17,927 nucleotides of DNA from a virus (IMGVR_UViG_2541047837_000002); one strand, 5' to 3'. Positions 1-8,220 are shown, numbered from the stretch's first letter. The notes: generated from the letters alone by a model not told the origin. Made by a program: numbers and translations.

Positions 1-996
1 TTAACGAACCAGCCAGACCAGCATCAGGATAATCGCGACTAACAGTATCCACAGCGCGGGACGCGTTGCCATATTTTGCAACGTGTCCATCATCGGTGGA
101 AAAGGATTAAGCAGCGGTTGCATAACACGCGGATCAATCCCTTTAACCCGCCGTTGATAAAGCTGATTAAGAATATCCTCGGCCTGGGCAGAAGAAAGCG
201 ATGATTGCGCAGAAAGACCATATTTTTGCTGGATATATGCCGATAACGCCGCCAGTTCACTGGCATCTAAAGGTTGTTTTAGCGTCATCTGTAGTGATTC
301 CAGCGTCGGCGTATTTTGCTGGCTTAGCGTCTGACGCGCCTGTAGCCAGGTCACCAGATGGTTAAACAGTTTCGCTGGAATTAACTCGCCATCTTTCACC
401 CCGGAAAGTTCCAGCATCGATTGCCAGATCTGTTTGCTGGGTTCCCCCGTTGCCGCCGCAAGTTTGGTCACCAGCTGTTTTAGCGCATTGTGCTCCGCCG
501 GTAATAAAGGACGGTCGGTCGCCTCGCGCTGCTGTGGTTGCGGAATAACCATCTTCCCTTCCTGCAACAGGGTGAGAATGGTTTTTAATTGCTCCGGTGA
601 GAGCTGATTCAGCGGCGTCTGACCAAAGTTATGACGGATATAATCCGTGACCGCCTGACGATTATTCCCCAGACGTAAATACTCCCCTAATTGCGCTAAA
701 AGCTGGCGGGCAGAATGGCTTTTTTGCGCGGCCAGCAGACGTTGCGCCAGATTATGCTCAGCGGCAGGGAAGTGACGCGAAAGCAGCGGTGAATCTCCCG
801 ACAGACCAATATCGTGCCTGATACCCGCCCACAGTTCTGCTCTTTGCTGTTGCGTCAGTGAGGTCACTTTCGTCATTAAGCTTTCCAGCGAAGTACGTTG
901 CTGACTGGATAAAGGCTGATTGCCCGTGCCAGACGGCAGATTATCTCCCTGACCTGGTGGTTGCCCAGGAGGAGGGCCGGAAATAGGTTGTATCAT
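1..996 (-). CDS. flk: Flagellar regulator Flk, C-terminally membrane-anchored
   Basis: 331-aa ORF with Pro/Gln-rich N-terminus (MIQPISGPPPGQPPGQ...) and a single C-terminal hydrophobic anchor (ALWILLVAIILMLVWLVR), matching enterobacterial Flk as I recall it. Stop codon sits at the window edge (1-3). Confidence 0.85.
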   Translation of the reverse strand: MIQPISGPPPGQPPGQGDNLPSGTGNQPLSSQQRTSLESLMTKVTSLTQQQRAELWAGIRHDIGLSGDSPLLSRHFPAAEHNLAQRLLAAQKSHSARQLLAQLGEYLRLGNNRQAVTDYIRHNFGQTPLNQLSPEQLKTILTLLQEGKMVIPQPQQREATDRPLLPAEHNALKQLVTKLAAATGEPSKQIWQSMLELSGVKDGELIPAKLFNHLVTWLQARQTLSQQNTPTLESLQMTLKQPLDASELAALSAYIQQKYGLSAQSSLSSAQAEDILNQLYQRRVKGIDPRVMQPLLNPFPPMMDTLQNMATRPALWILLVAIILMLVWLVR

Positions 997-1191
997 TACG
1001 TATCCTTATACCTGAAATCTTCGCAAGTATGCCTGGCCGCGAGATTATGGCACACTTGTCCGGTTAACTCTCGTCTCATACAGGTAACACAAACGTGAAA
1101 ATCCTTGTTGATGAAAAAAATGATGATTTAATTTATTGATATAAAAGGATTTATATCAGCACGTGTCCACGTAGTGACCACATTTTCGAGT

Positions 1192-1237
1192 TACAGATAA
1201 CACAAAGCCCGTTTTCACGGGCTTTGTGTTATCTGTG
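1192..1237. terminator. Long near-perfect inverted repeat (about 18-20 bp stem, 6-nt loop) between flk and the AT-rich operon
   Basis: cagataacacaaagcccg / ttttca / cgggctttgtgttatctg read directly. It lies just downstream of the minus-strand 297-aa ORF, but no strong U-tract follows on either strand, so the terminator call is weak. Confidence 0.35.
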
Positions 1238-1263
1238 ATTGTGGCTAAGCCACATGATTTATG

Positions 1264-2157
1264 CTATTTCCAGTTACAAGCAGCTTGAAGTGGTTTTAGC
1301 GCGTTTGACAGGCCGTTTAAATTGAAAGTTGCACTTACAGGGCTCTCATTATAAGGAGTTATTTTTGTATACATTTTGTTTGAGTTGGCTAGTTTTCGGA
1401 TGAAATCAATGTCATTACCTTTATAAAAAACAGCCTTTGTATCTGTAGATACTAGCCAGTTTCGCTCAACTGCTTTCTGTTTATCAAGACGATAAAGCAT
1501 GCTGGTTTGTTCAAGGCCTAAATATACATCCCAACTAAGAAATACTTCGGTTTTCTTTTCTCGGCAAGCTATAAACAGAGTAGGAGTAACCGCTTCTCCA
1601 AATGGAGTTCTGATATAATCATCACTTTCTAACGATAAAATTACATTTTTCGAATCATCAATTGGCGATGTAGTAATGGATGTGTGCCATTTTCCTACAT
1701 CTGTGGCTTTCTCTAATTTTGATTCAGCTTGAACAGCTTTATCCTGTGGGAATAGTTTATCGTAGCAGTTTAGTCTGGCTTCTTTATCATTTTCTGCTCG
1801 GCATTTAGATATCTCAGAAAGATTTGGTTGCTGAGCCTCTGTTGTTACTGGCTTTTCCGTTTTAGATTTTGAGTTTACAGATGGAGTAAATGTTGGAGAA
1901 AAAAAACGATCATAACAAGATAAACGTCTGTCATCATCTTTCTCATCAGGGCATTGATCTCTGTTTTCGAATTTTTCAGCAACTTTCGTTCGAGTCGGTT
2001 GTATTGACTTATCGTAACAAGAAAGTCTGTCTTTATTATTTTCTATTGCTCGGCACTGGAGTACTGCATTGAAGTTATTATGTTCAGTTGCTGCGTGAAC
2101 AGGCAGTACACTAATTGATATAAATGATGCACCTATAGAAAAAATTATATTTTTCAT
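1264..2157 (-). CDS. Secreted protein of unknown function with three Cys-pair repeats
   Basis: 297-aa ORF with an N-terminal signal peptide (MKNIIFSIGASFISISVLPVHA|ATE). Three degenerate repeats of the form C-x8-RL-[SN]-CYD-[KR]: CRAIENNKDRLSCYDK, CPDEKDDDRRLSCYDR, CRAENDKEARLNCYDK. AT-rich codon usage unlike the neighbouring flk. Confidence 0.7.
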   Translation of the reverse strand: MKNIIFSIGASFISISVLPVHAATEHNNFNAVLQCRAIENNKDRLSCYDKSIQPTRTKVAEKFENRDQCPDEKDDDRRLSCYDRFFSPTFTPSVNSKSKTEKPVTTEAQQPNLSEISKCRAENDKEARLNCYDKLFPQDKAVQAESKLEKATDVGKWHTSITTSPIDDSKNVILSLESDDYIRTPFGEAVTPTLFIACREKKTEVFLSWDVYLGLEQTSMLYRLDKQKAVERNWLVSTDTKAVFYKGNDIDFIRKLANSNKMYTKITPYNESPVSATFNLNGLSNALKPLQAACNWK

Positions 2158-2161
2158 TTTG

Positions 2162-2494
2162 TTATCCTTTTGGTTTAGTAAGAAACACTAAAATTCCGAT
2201 AATGATATCGCCAATAACCCATAAACTTCCAATGGTAATTAAACCTAAGCCTGTACCAATAACTGCACCGGCTTTTTCGGCATCGGATGTAGCATTATTT
2301 ATTATTTCACTAGTGCCTCCCAGTCCAACTAAAAGCGTATAGATCATAAAAATATTAAATAATATAAAAATCCACTTAATGAGCTTTCCAAAAAATGAAC
2401 GCTTAAGTTTTTTTATTTGTTTACCGCAAGCAGGGCAATACAATGCTGAATCGCTCACCTCTTTCTGGCATTCAGGACATTTGATTAATGCCAT
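2162..2494 (-). CDS. Small zinc-ribbon membrane protein (N-terminal CxxC-x12-CxxC, two predicted TM helices)
   Basis: 110-aa ORF: MALIKCPECQKEVSDSALYCPACGKQI, then two hydrophobic segments (IKWIFILFNIFMIYTLLVGL and ITIGSLWVIGDIIIGILVF). AAGGAGG-like RBS 8 nt upstream of the ATG. Its stop is 5 nt from the start of the 297-aa ORF, so the two are probably co-transcribed. Confidence 0.7.
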   Translation of the reverse strand: MALIKCPECQKEVSDSALYCPACGKQIKKLKRSFFGKLIKWIFILFNIFMIYTLLVGLGGTSEIINNATSDAEKAGAVIGTGLGLITIGSLWVIGDIIIGILVFLTKPKG

Positions 2495-2755
2495 GTAATC
2501 CGCCTCCTTTGGATCAATACGAGTTGATATTTGTTACAAAACATTTTGATTTTATCAGATTTTTTTTTATTGATAAGTGTCAATTGATTAGCTGGTATAG
2601 AGTGAGACATAAAGAAGGTCAGATCTGTATCAGTAGTGATGCAAAAATCCCACAGTTTCATGGAATTTTTGCATTTAGAGCCGTGAGATAGGGTGCCTTA
2701 TCGACCTTACCCTGGCAACCGATTGACGGGGGATTACTCCCCCGTCGCGGTTTCC

Positions 2756-2896
2756 TTACTGCTTACACTGTAAGAACGCCGCAAACTCCGCTCCCCAGAA
2801 ACTCATCCGTATTTCGCACAGCGAACCGTGCAACATCCAGATGATGAGGATTACCGTCACGCAGAACGTGATGGCTGTAAGCGATTTTTGCGACAT
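2756..2896 (-). CDS. Hok/Gef-family type I toxin (small membrane peptide)
   Basis: 46-aa ORF missing from the ORF track: MSQKSLTAITFCVTVILIIWMLHGSLCEIRMSFWGAEFAAFLQCKQ. It has one TM helix followed by the family-typical SLCEIR ... E-x-AAF-x-x-C motif. GGAG RBS upstream (aaaaGGAGcaagtgctATG). Confidence 0.7.
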   Translation of the reverse strand: MSQKSLTAITFCVTVILIIWMLHGSLCEIRMSFWGAEFAAFLQCKQ

Positions 2897-3086
2897 AGCA
2901 CTTGCTCCTTTTCCGGAGAGGCGCTAACCTTTCACTTGCTTAGGGTAGACGGTTAGGGCCTCGGTTAAACAAAAGTGTTTTCCGGGGCCTTTCCACATCT
3001 GGCCTTCGGGTATTCCCTCCGACCATCAGCCGAAAGGCACCCGCGCGTAATCTATCGCTTTTTTGTTACTCCGGCAATTCTGCTTG
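2897..3086 (-). promoter_or_regulatory. Putative hok mRNA leader (mok-like upstream ORF, expected Sok antisense target)
   Basis: By analogy with hok/sok loci the 5' leader should hold a short overlapping or upstream reading frame and the antisense RNA gene. A 24-codon upstream ORF (MWKGPGKHFCLTEALTVYPKQVKG) ends about 25 nt before the hok ATG, and a hairpin (gacggggg-attact-cccccgtc, 2725-2746) sits in the 3' UTR. Exact RNA ends cannot be determined from sequence alone. Confidence 0.3.
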
Positions 3087-3347
3087 TTAATTCTTAGGTA
3101 AAGGCAAACTCATCTGATTGTTTCCCCTGTGTGAAGCTGGTAGCTCATGCCACGGGATACCTTCTGAAGAGTGAACGCCGGAGGCGTGTTTCGATGTGAA
3201 TTTATGGAAAGCTTCCAGTGTTGAGAAGCATACGCCGCATTCCAGATTGTTACACTGGTAATACTTTTGCCGCACGGTGTTTGAATCATTTTCCGGACGA
3301 CTTGTGCGGATACGGGCAGATGCGCCACAAAGCGGACAACGGAACAT
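3087..3347 (-). CDS. ogr: Ogr/Delta-family zinc-finger late-gene transcriptional activator
   Basis: 86-aa ORF starting MFRCPLCGASARIRTSR ... YYQCNNLECG, i.e. the Cys4 arrangement and N-terminal signature of P2 Ogr (MFHCPLC...RTSR...QC.N..C). GGGAGG RBS upstream. Confidence 0.85.
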   Translation of the reverse strand: MFRCPLCGASARIRTSRPENDSNTVRQKYYQCNNLECGVCFSTLEAFHKFTSKHASGVHSSEGIPWHELPASHRGNNQMSLPLPKN

Positions 3348-3538
3348 AGCGACCTCCCTTAACGTGGTGTTGCCGCTATTCTAGATTGTACGATCCCTAA
3401 TTCCAACTAACAGCTCGCTCTGTGCGAAGAGTGAAAATTGAACTTTCAATAGTTGTTGAACTTCCATACATCCAATGTGAAAATTCATACGTTCATAATA
3501 GTTAAAATTTAAAATATTGTATATCAGGTGAATAAAGC

Positions 3539-4561
3539 ATGGGAAGAGATATAACGCTGTACCCTAAAAAAGCAACTAGAAACGAACTTAAAAATTACCT
3601 TGAAAATTTAGGTTTTAAAAGGTGTAAACATTTGTGGGAATGGCCCCAAGGAACGTTGAATTACTCTTGGTTTGATGATACGGACTTCAAATCTACAGAT
3701 GGAGTTTCGGCTGATATATATCCTGTTTCAAATGACGAACTACACATATCTGGTAATAAATGGGCATTGCATGTGCGTAATTTATATAGCGCTAGTTGGC
3801 ATGATGTAAAAATGCTTAATGATGTTCTAAAAGGCGCACGGAGTCTTTTTGGTGGAACACTTATAGGTGATTATGGGAAAAATAGGTACGCTCCTCTATG
3901 GAAGGATTCTAGTAGTCCGATCAGTCGTGGCATTTCTTCAATATTTAATCATGTCCATCATGAGATTTCCGCTGTTAAACATGCCTTACCTGAACCTTCT
4001 ATTAAATTAAACCTACCGGAAGATGGCGGCTTATCCGAATACTTTGATTACATGCAATGTATGGATCCCAGTAGAGTTATATATAATGGATTAGTACCTT
4101 TTGCGGTTGCTATGTTTGAATATTTTTTCTCTAGAGCTTTTCAAATACTTATAAAGTACGATCCTTTCGCAATAGCAAAAAGAACATCGTATAAGCAAAA
4201 AGTTGATTTTGATATTCTGCTTGAGATAGAGAAAGGAAATATTTCAATAGAAAGTGTTATTGCAAGAAATTACACTTTTCAAAACTTAACCCACCTAAAC
4301 AAAGCATATAAAGAGTGGCTGGATATAGATGTGAGAGCGATTCTTTATAAGAAAAAAAGAATTGGAAAATCAGTTGATTTTCTTGAGAATCGAATTTCTG
4401 AAATCATACAATATAGACATGGGATAGTTCATCACTTTGAGTTGGATAGGACCTTAAATCGGGATGGATATATTCATATATTAGATGCGATAGAAAAAAG
4501 CATAATTGAATTTATCCATTACATAGAAGGCAAATACAAATTTAAATTAAATGCGTATTAA
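3539..4561 (+). CDS. Hypothetical cargo protein with a C-terminal HEPN-like Rx4H motif; candidate abortive-infection or defence protein
   Basis: 340-aa ORF, conspicuously AT-rich compared with the flanking ogr and D, with an AT-rich promoter-like upstream region and an AGGTGA RBS. C-terminal segment ENRISEIIQYRHGIVHHFELDR contains R-x4-H. No other family signature recognised. Confidence 0.75.
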   Translation: MGRDITLYPKKATRNELKNYLENLGFKRCKHLWEWPQGTLNYSWFDDTDFKSTDGVSADIYPVSNDELHISGNKWALHVRNLYSASWHDVKMLNDVLKGARSLFGGTLIGDYGKNRYAPLWKDSSSPISRGISSIFNHVHHEISAVKHALPEPSIKLNLPEDGGLSEYFDYMQCMDPSRVIYNGLVPFAVAMFEYFFSRAFQILIKYDPFAIAKRTSYKQKVDFDILLEIEKGNISIESVIARNYTFQNLTHLNKAYKEWLDIDVRAILYKKKRIGKSVDFLENRISEIIQYRHGIVHHFELDRTLNRDGYIHILDAIEKSIIEFIHYIEGKYKFKLNAY

Positions 4562-4589
4562 GCAATCAACCTTACATAGGGATGACAAA

Positions 4590-4613
4590 GTCCGCTTCTG
4601 ACACGGAGCGGAC
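4590..4613 (+). terminator. Possible terminator hairpin downstream of the cargo ORF
   Basis: gtccgct ... agcggac inverted repeat followed by a moderately T-rich stretch (cgtcgtttatgttt). Weak. Confidence 0.3.
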
Positions 4614-4681
4614 CGTCGTTTATGTTTAATTCTATACTGTAAACTTGCCAGTTTAAGTCTGAGCTAATATGTCTAAGTTGC

Positions 4682-5782
4682 TCACTCTGTTTCTGCTATC
4701 CATTCCGGGATTTTTGCCTCAAGCTCAAGCTGTGTGGTAAAGCCGCTGTTATCAATGGTGTGCTCGGCTTTTGCAATAATCCAGTCCTGATTATCAATCT
4801 CGCTTTTAAAGCCTGTTACCGTGCCATGCATTTCGGGGTAGAGTTCTGCGCGTCCGCGTGCCAGCATGATGGAGAATGATGCGGCTCCGCGTTGTAGCTG
4901 CTGCCACTTTGCCGCCGCTGCGCGTCTTGCTGCCTGCTCGTTCTGATAAGTCTTGCGTAACACAAACACATTGCCTTCCGCGCCTTCCATATAATCACCT
5001 TCACGGCTGCTGCTTTTCTCCTTTTTCGATTTGCGGCGTTTCACGCTGACTTTTTTCTTTTTCCCGTAATTAAGATCAAGCCAGTAGGCGCGTACACCCG
5101 TATACGCCTCGCGGTCAGCAATGCGAAACTGATGGCGATCGCCGCTGCTGCGTGTGATGGCAAACGATGGCAATGGTTTTCCCTGCGCGTTCACGCCACC
5201 GCCTGGCATGATGAATAACAGATTACCGCTTTTTACCGTGGTGATTGCGCCCAGCATTTCCGCCATGCGCGTAAGGAAGGACATGTCACTTTCTTCGGTC
5301 TGGTCGGCGTGGTCGATTTCGATATCCATCAGCATTTCGCTAATTTGCGGTTTCAGACCGTACCGATGAGCGATGGCGGATACCACACGCTCAACGGTCA
5401 CATCATGCCAGGACACCTCACGTTTAACGTTAAATTCATCCCGAAAATCTGCGCTTCTGGCCGAAATGGTCAGCCTGTCCGGCGGTCCTTCGTGAGCGAT
5501 TTCATCAACAATGTAAGTGCCTTTTTCTGTCAGCGGTTCTCCTTTCCAGCCAATGAGAACCGTCAGGCGCGCGCCCCGTGGCGGTAGCTGCAACTGACCA
5601 TCCGCATCATCCAGCGTGATGGTGAGCTGGTCCGCCTCAAATCCCCGGTTGTCGGTCAGTGACAGGCTCATCAGGCGCTCTGCCACGCCTGACAGCGTTT
5701 TACCCTCCGCGAGAATATCAAAATCCGGCATTTTCACGGGGTCTGTGCCCTGACTGAGCAATTGCATGGTGGTGTCGGTCAT
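4682..5782 (-). CDS. D: P2 gpD-like tail protein
   Basis: The ORF track gives 410 aa from a non-ATG start. The likely true start is the ATG at 5782 (MTDTTMQLLSQGTDPVKMPDFDIL...), which has a GGGAGGG RBS 5 nt upstream. Size and sequence are consistent with P2 late gene D. Confidence 0.85.
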   Translation of the reverse strand: MTDTTMQLLSQGTDPVKMPDFDILAEGKTLSGVAERLMSLSLTDNRGFEADQLTITLDDADGQLQLPPRGARLTVLIGWKGEPLTEKGTYIVDEIAHEGPPDRLTISARSADFRDEFNVKREVSWHDVTVERVVSAIAHRYGLKPQISEMLMDIEIDHADQTEESDMSFLTRMAEMLGAITTVKSGNLLFIMPGGGVNAQGKPLPSFAITRSSGDRHQFRIADREAYTGVRAYWLDLNYGKKKKVSVKRRKSKKEKSSSREGDYMEGAEGNVFVLRKTYQNEQAARRAAAAKWQQLQRGAASFSIMLARGRAELYPEMHGTVTGFKSEIDNQDWIIAKAEHTIDNSGFTTQLELEAKIPEWIAETE

Positions 5783-5939
5783 CTGTTCCCTCCCTGTGCG
5801 GCATGGTCGCATGTGCGTGCGGAGGGGGTTACTGCTTTTTGTTGTCGCCGGGTCGGGAGAACGGCGCAGGGGTGAGATTACGCGCGTGGTGGGTGATGAT
5901 TGTTGCCGAATCATTTAACGGATACAAGGGGCTGAAGCT

Positions 5940-7124
5940 ATGAGTGAAACTCGTTTTCATGGTGCCCGTGTTACGGAAAATACCGACCTGGTAACAGCGA
6001 TTAACGATGTTGATTCCAGCGTTATCGGTATCGTGGCAACGGCGGATGATGCGGACGCGAAGCTGTTCCCGCTGAACAAGCCCACACTGCTGACCCGCGT
6101 CAATGACGTGCTGGGAAAATGCGGGACAACGGGGACGCTTTATCGTGCACTTAAGGCCATCGCAGACCAGGTGAGCACAAAGGTGATCGTCGTTCGCGTG
6201 GCTGAACACAAAGAAGAAGACGGAAAGACGCAGGATCAACTGGTTATCGGTGGTTCTGAGGATGACGGCAGCTATACGGGGATGTATGCGCTGCTTGTTG
6301 CAGAGCAGGATGAAAGCATCGGATACCGTCCGCGTATTCTGGCCGCGCCGGAGCTGGACACGGAGGCTGTAACAAAATCCCTGTGCGTGATTGCAGGTAA
6401 ACTGCGCGCGTTTGTGTATGCCTCATGTTACGGCTGTAACACGATGGCTGAGGCGATTACCTACCGCCAGAAATTCAACGAACGTGAGGTGATGCTCTTA
6501 TGGCCGGACTTCATCGCCTACAACCCGAAAAGTGGCAAAAACGAAACGTTCCCCGCGCCTGCCTATGCGTGCGGCCTTCGTGCGTACATTGACCATGAGC
6601 AGGGCTGGCACAAATCATTGTCCAACGTTCCGGTTAAAAATGTGCTGGGGATGTCGAGGCATGTGTTCTGGTCGTTGCAGGCCGAAGACAGCGATGCCAA
6701 CAGCCTCAACAACAAAGAAATCACGACCATTATTCGTCGCAACGGGTTCCGCTTCTGGGGCAACCGCACACCGGAAACGAACGCCTACATCTTTGAGGTG
6801 TATACCCGAACCGCACAGGTGCTGGCTGATTCAATTGCGGAAGCGCAGTTTGAAACCATCGACAGTCCACTGACGCCTGCGAATGTGAAGGATGTTATCA
6901 GTGCCATCAGGGCAAAACTGGATTCGCTGGTTACTGCCGGGAAACTGATTGGTGCGGAGTGCTGGTATGACGTGGTGGATAACGGCACCACGAATTTACG
7001 TCAGGGGCGTGTGCGTATTCGCTACAAATATACGCCCGTTCCGCCACTGGAAGACATGGAGCTTTACCAGACGTTTACTGATGAATACTTTGAACCCGCA
7101 TTTGCGGTGCTGGGAGGTGCCTGA
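5940..7124 (+). CDS. FI: Contractile tail sheath protein (P2 FI-like)
   Basis: 394-aa ORF with conserved blocks shared with P2 FI as I recall it (FPLNKP, KLRAF.Y, EQGWHK.LSNV, RRNGFRFWGNRT, YKYTPVPPLE). Stop overlaps the FII start (TGATG). Confidence 0.9.
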   Translation: MSETRFHGARVTENTDLVTAINDVDSSVIGIVATADDADAKLFPLNKPTLLTRVNDVLGKCGTTGTLYRALKAIADQVSTKVIVVRVAEHKEEDGKTQDQLVIGGSEDDGSYTGMYALLVAEQDESIGYRPRILAAPELDTEAVTKSLCVIAGKLRAFVYASCYGCNTMAEAITYRQKFNEREVMLLWPDFIAYNPKSGKNETFPAPAYACGLRAYIDHEQGWHKSLSNVPVKNVLGMSRHVFWSLQAEDSDANSLNNKEITTIIRRNGFRFWGNRTPETNAYIFEVYTRTAQVLADSIAEAQFETIDSPLTPANVKDVISAIRAKLDSLVTAGKLIGAECWYDVVDNGTTNLRQGRVRIRYKYTPVPPLEDMELYQTFTDEYFEPAFAVLGGA

Positions 7125-7636
7125 TGGCTGTGCCAAAACATCTTCGCTTTTTTACGCTGTTTGTGGATGGTGAAAACGAAGTGGGTAAGGTGACGTCCGT
7201 CACTCTGCCTAAGCTGACGCGCAAAACCGACAGCTACCGGGGGGGCGGCATGATGGGTGCGGTAAGCATTGATCTCGGTCTGGAAGACTCCGCGCTTGAT
7301 GCGAGCTTTGTCATGGGGGGCGCAGTTCGTGAGCTGTTCCTTAAGTATGGCGGCACGATTGACGGCACGCTGCTGCGTTTTGCGGGTGAATACTACACCG
7401 ATGCAGAAAGTGACCTGTATGAAGTCGAAATGCGCGGACGTGTGACGGAAATTGATATGGGGGAAGCCAAACAGGGCGAAGCCACATCACACACTTACGC
7501 CATTAAAAACACCTACTACAAGCTGAGTGTTAACGATCGCCCGTTGTGGGAGATTGACCTGCTGAACTTCATTTACCGGAAGGACGGCAAGGACATTGTG
7601 CCCGATCGCATCCGTTCCGCGCTCGGGCTTGGCTGA
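7124..7636 (+). CDS. FII: Tail tube protein (P2 FII-like)
   Basis: 170-aa ORF immediately after the sheath gene with a 1-nt stop/start overlap. Size and position match P2 FII. Confidence 0.88.
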   Translation: MAVPKHLRFFTLFVDGENEVGKVTSVTLPKLTRKTDSYRGGGMMGAVSIDLGLEDSALDASFVMGGAVRELFLKYGGTIDGTLLRFAGEYYTDAESDLYEVEMRGRVTEIDMGEAKQGEATSHTYAIKNTYYKLSVNDRPLWEIDLLNFIYRKDGKDIVPDRIRSALGLG

Positions 7637-7690
7637 TAAGTAATATGCAGGCGGCGCAGTGCGTCGCCTCTGACTGAAAGGAGTTTCCTG

Positions 7691-8056
7691 ATGAAAGAGA
7701 CGAAAAACATCGATACCGAAAACACGGTAGTTACTGACACTGTGAAAGAAACCAGTGAGCGTGGCGTAAAACTTACCCAACCAATTGAGCGAGGCGGCGA
7801 AAAAATCACGTATGTGGAGATCACCGGGGCTATTGAGCAGGCTGGATCTCTGCGAGATTTGTCGCTGTCTGATGTGCTGAATCTGAAAGCGGAATCCATG
7901 TTTACGCTGCTGTCACGCGTGACATCACCGCGACTGGATGAAGTGACGATCAAAAAAATGGCATCCCGTGACTTTATTCAGTTATGTGTGGTTGCCGTAA
8001 ATTTTTTGAGCGGTGCGGACTCTGGCGGGAAGAACGAACAGGCGACGGAAGCCTGA
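7691..8056 (+). CDS. E: Tail assembly chaperone E (zero-frame product)
   Basis: 121-aa ORF with an AAGGAG RBS. The internal block DVLNLKAESMFTLLSRVTSP resembles P2 gpE. It contains the TTTTTTG slippery heptamer near its 3' end. Confidence 0.8.
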   Translation: MKETKNIDTENTVVTDTVKETSERGVKLTQPIERGGEKITYVEITGAIEQAGSLRDLSLSDVLNLKAESMFTLLSRVTSPRLDEVTIKKMASRDFIQLCVVAVNFLSGADSGGKNEQATEA

Positions 8057-8220
8057 TCACGGTTGTGTGCTTTGAGCACATTGAAGACTTTGTGGCAGAT
8101 ATTGCCGTTATTTTTAACTGGTCGCCCGCCGAAATCTTCATGATGACGCCCGGCGAAGTGGTTAGCTGGCGTGAGCGGGCGGCACTTCGCAGCGGGAATG
8201 CAGACAATGAAGACTCTTGA
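7691..8220 (+). CDS. E+E' tail chaperone fusion made by programmed -1 ribosomal frameshift
   Basis: The -1 frame ORF 7984-8220 has no plausible independent start and continues from the slippery site at 8002-8008. This is the conserved chaperone pair located between tube and tape-measure genes. Confidence 0.7.
8002..8008 (+). promoter_or_regulatory. -1 frameshift slippery heptamer T TTT TTG
   Basis: X XXY YYZ heptamer in the E reading frame (codons AAT TTT TTG). After a -1 shift it reads FFERCGLW..., identical to the 7984-8220 ORF. Confidence 0.7.

Noticed and set aside
2488-2691. 67-aa plus-strand ORF in the AT-rich region upstream of the zinc-ribbon gene
   Set aside because: It lies in what is most likely the promoter/leader region of the minus-strand operon, has a low-complexity translation and no RBS.
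3110-3328. 72-aa minus-strand ORF in an alternative frame overlapping ogr
   Set aside because: The other frame (3087-3347) carries the unmistakable Ogr zinc-finger signature; this one is a frame artefact.
5840-5939. Looked for an Ogr-dependent late promoter dyad (TGT-N12-ACA) upstream of FI
   Set aside because: Only an imperfect candidate (tgttgccgaatcatttaacggataca) with wrong spacing and too close to the start codon. Not reported as a feature.
5829-6239. 136-aa minus-strand ORF overlapping the start of the sheath gene
   Set aside because: It overlaps the well-supported FI CDS and the D-FI intergenic region, and the translation has no recognisable features. Judged spurious.
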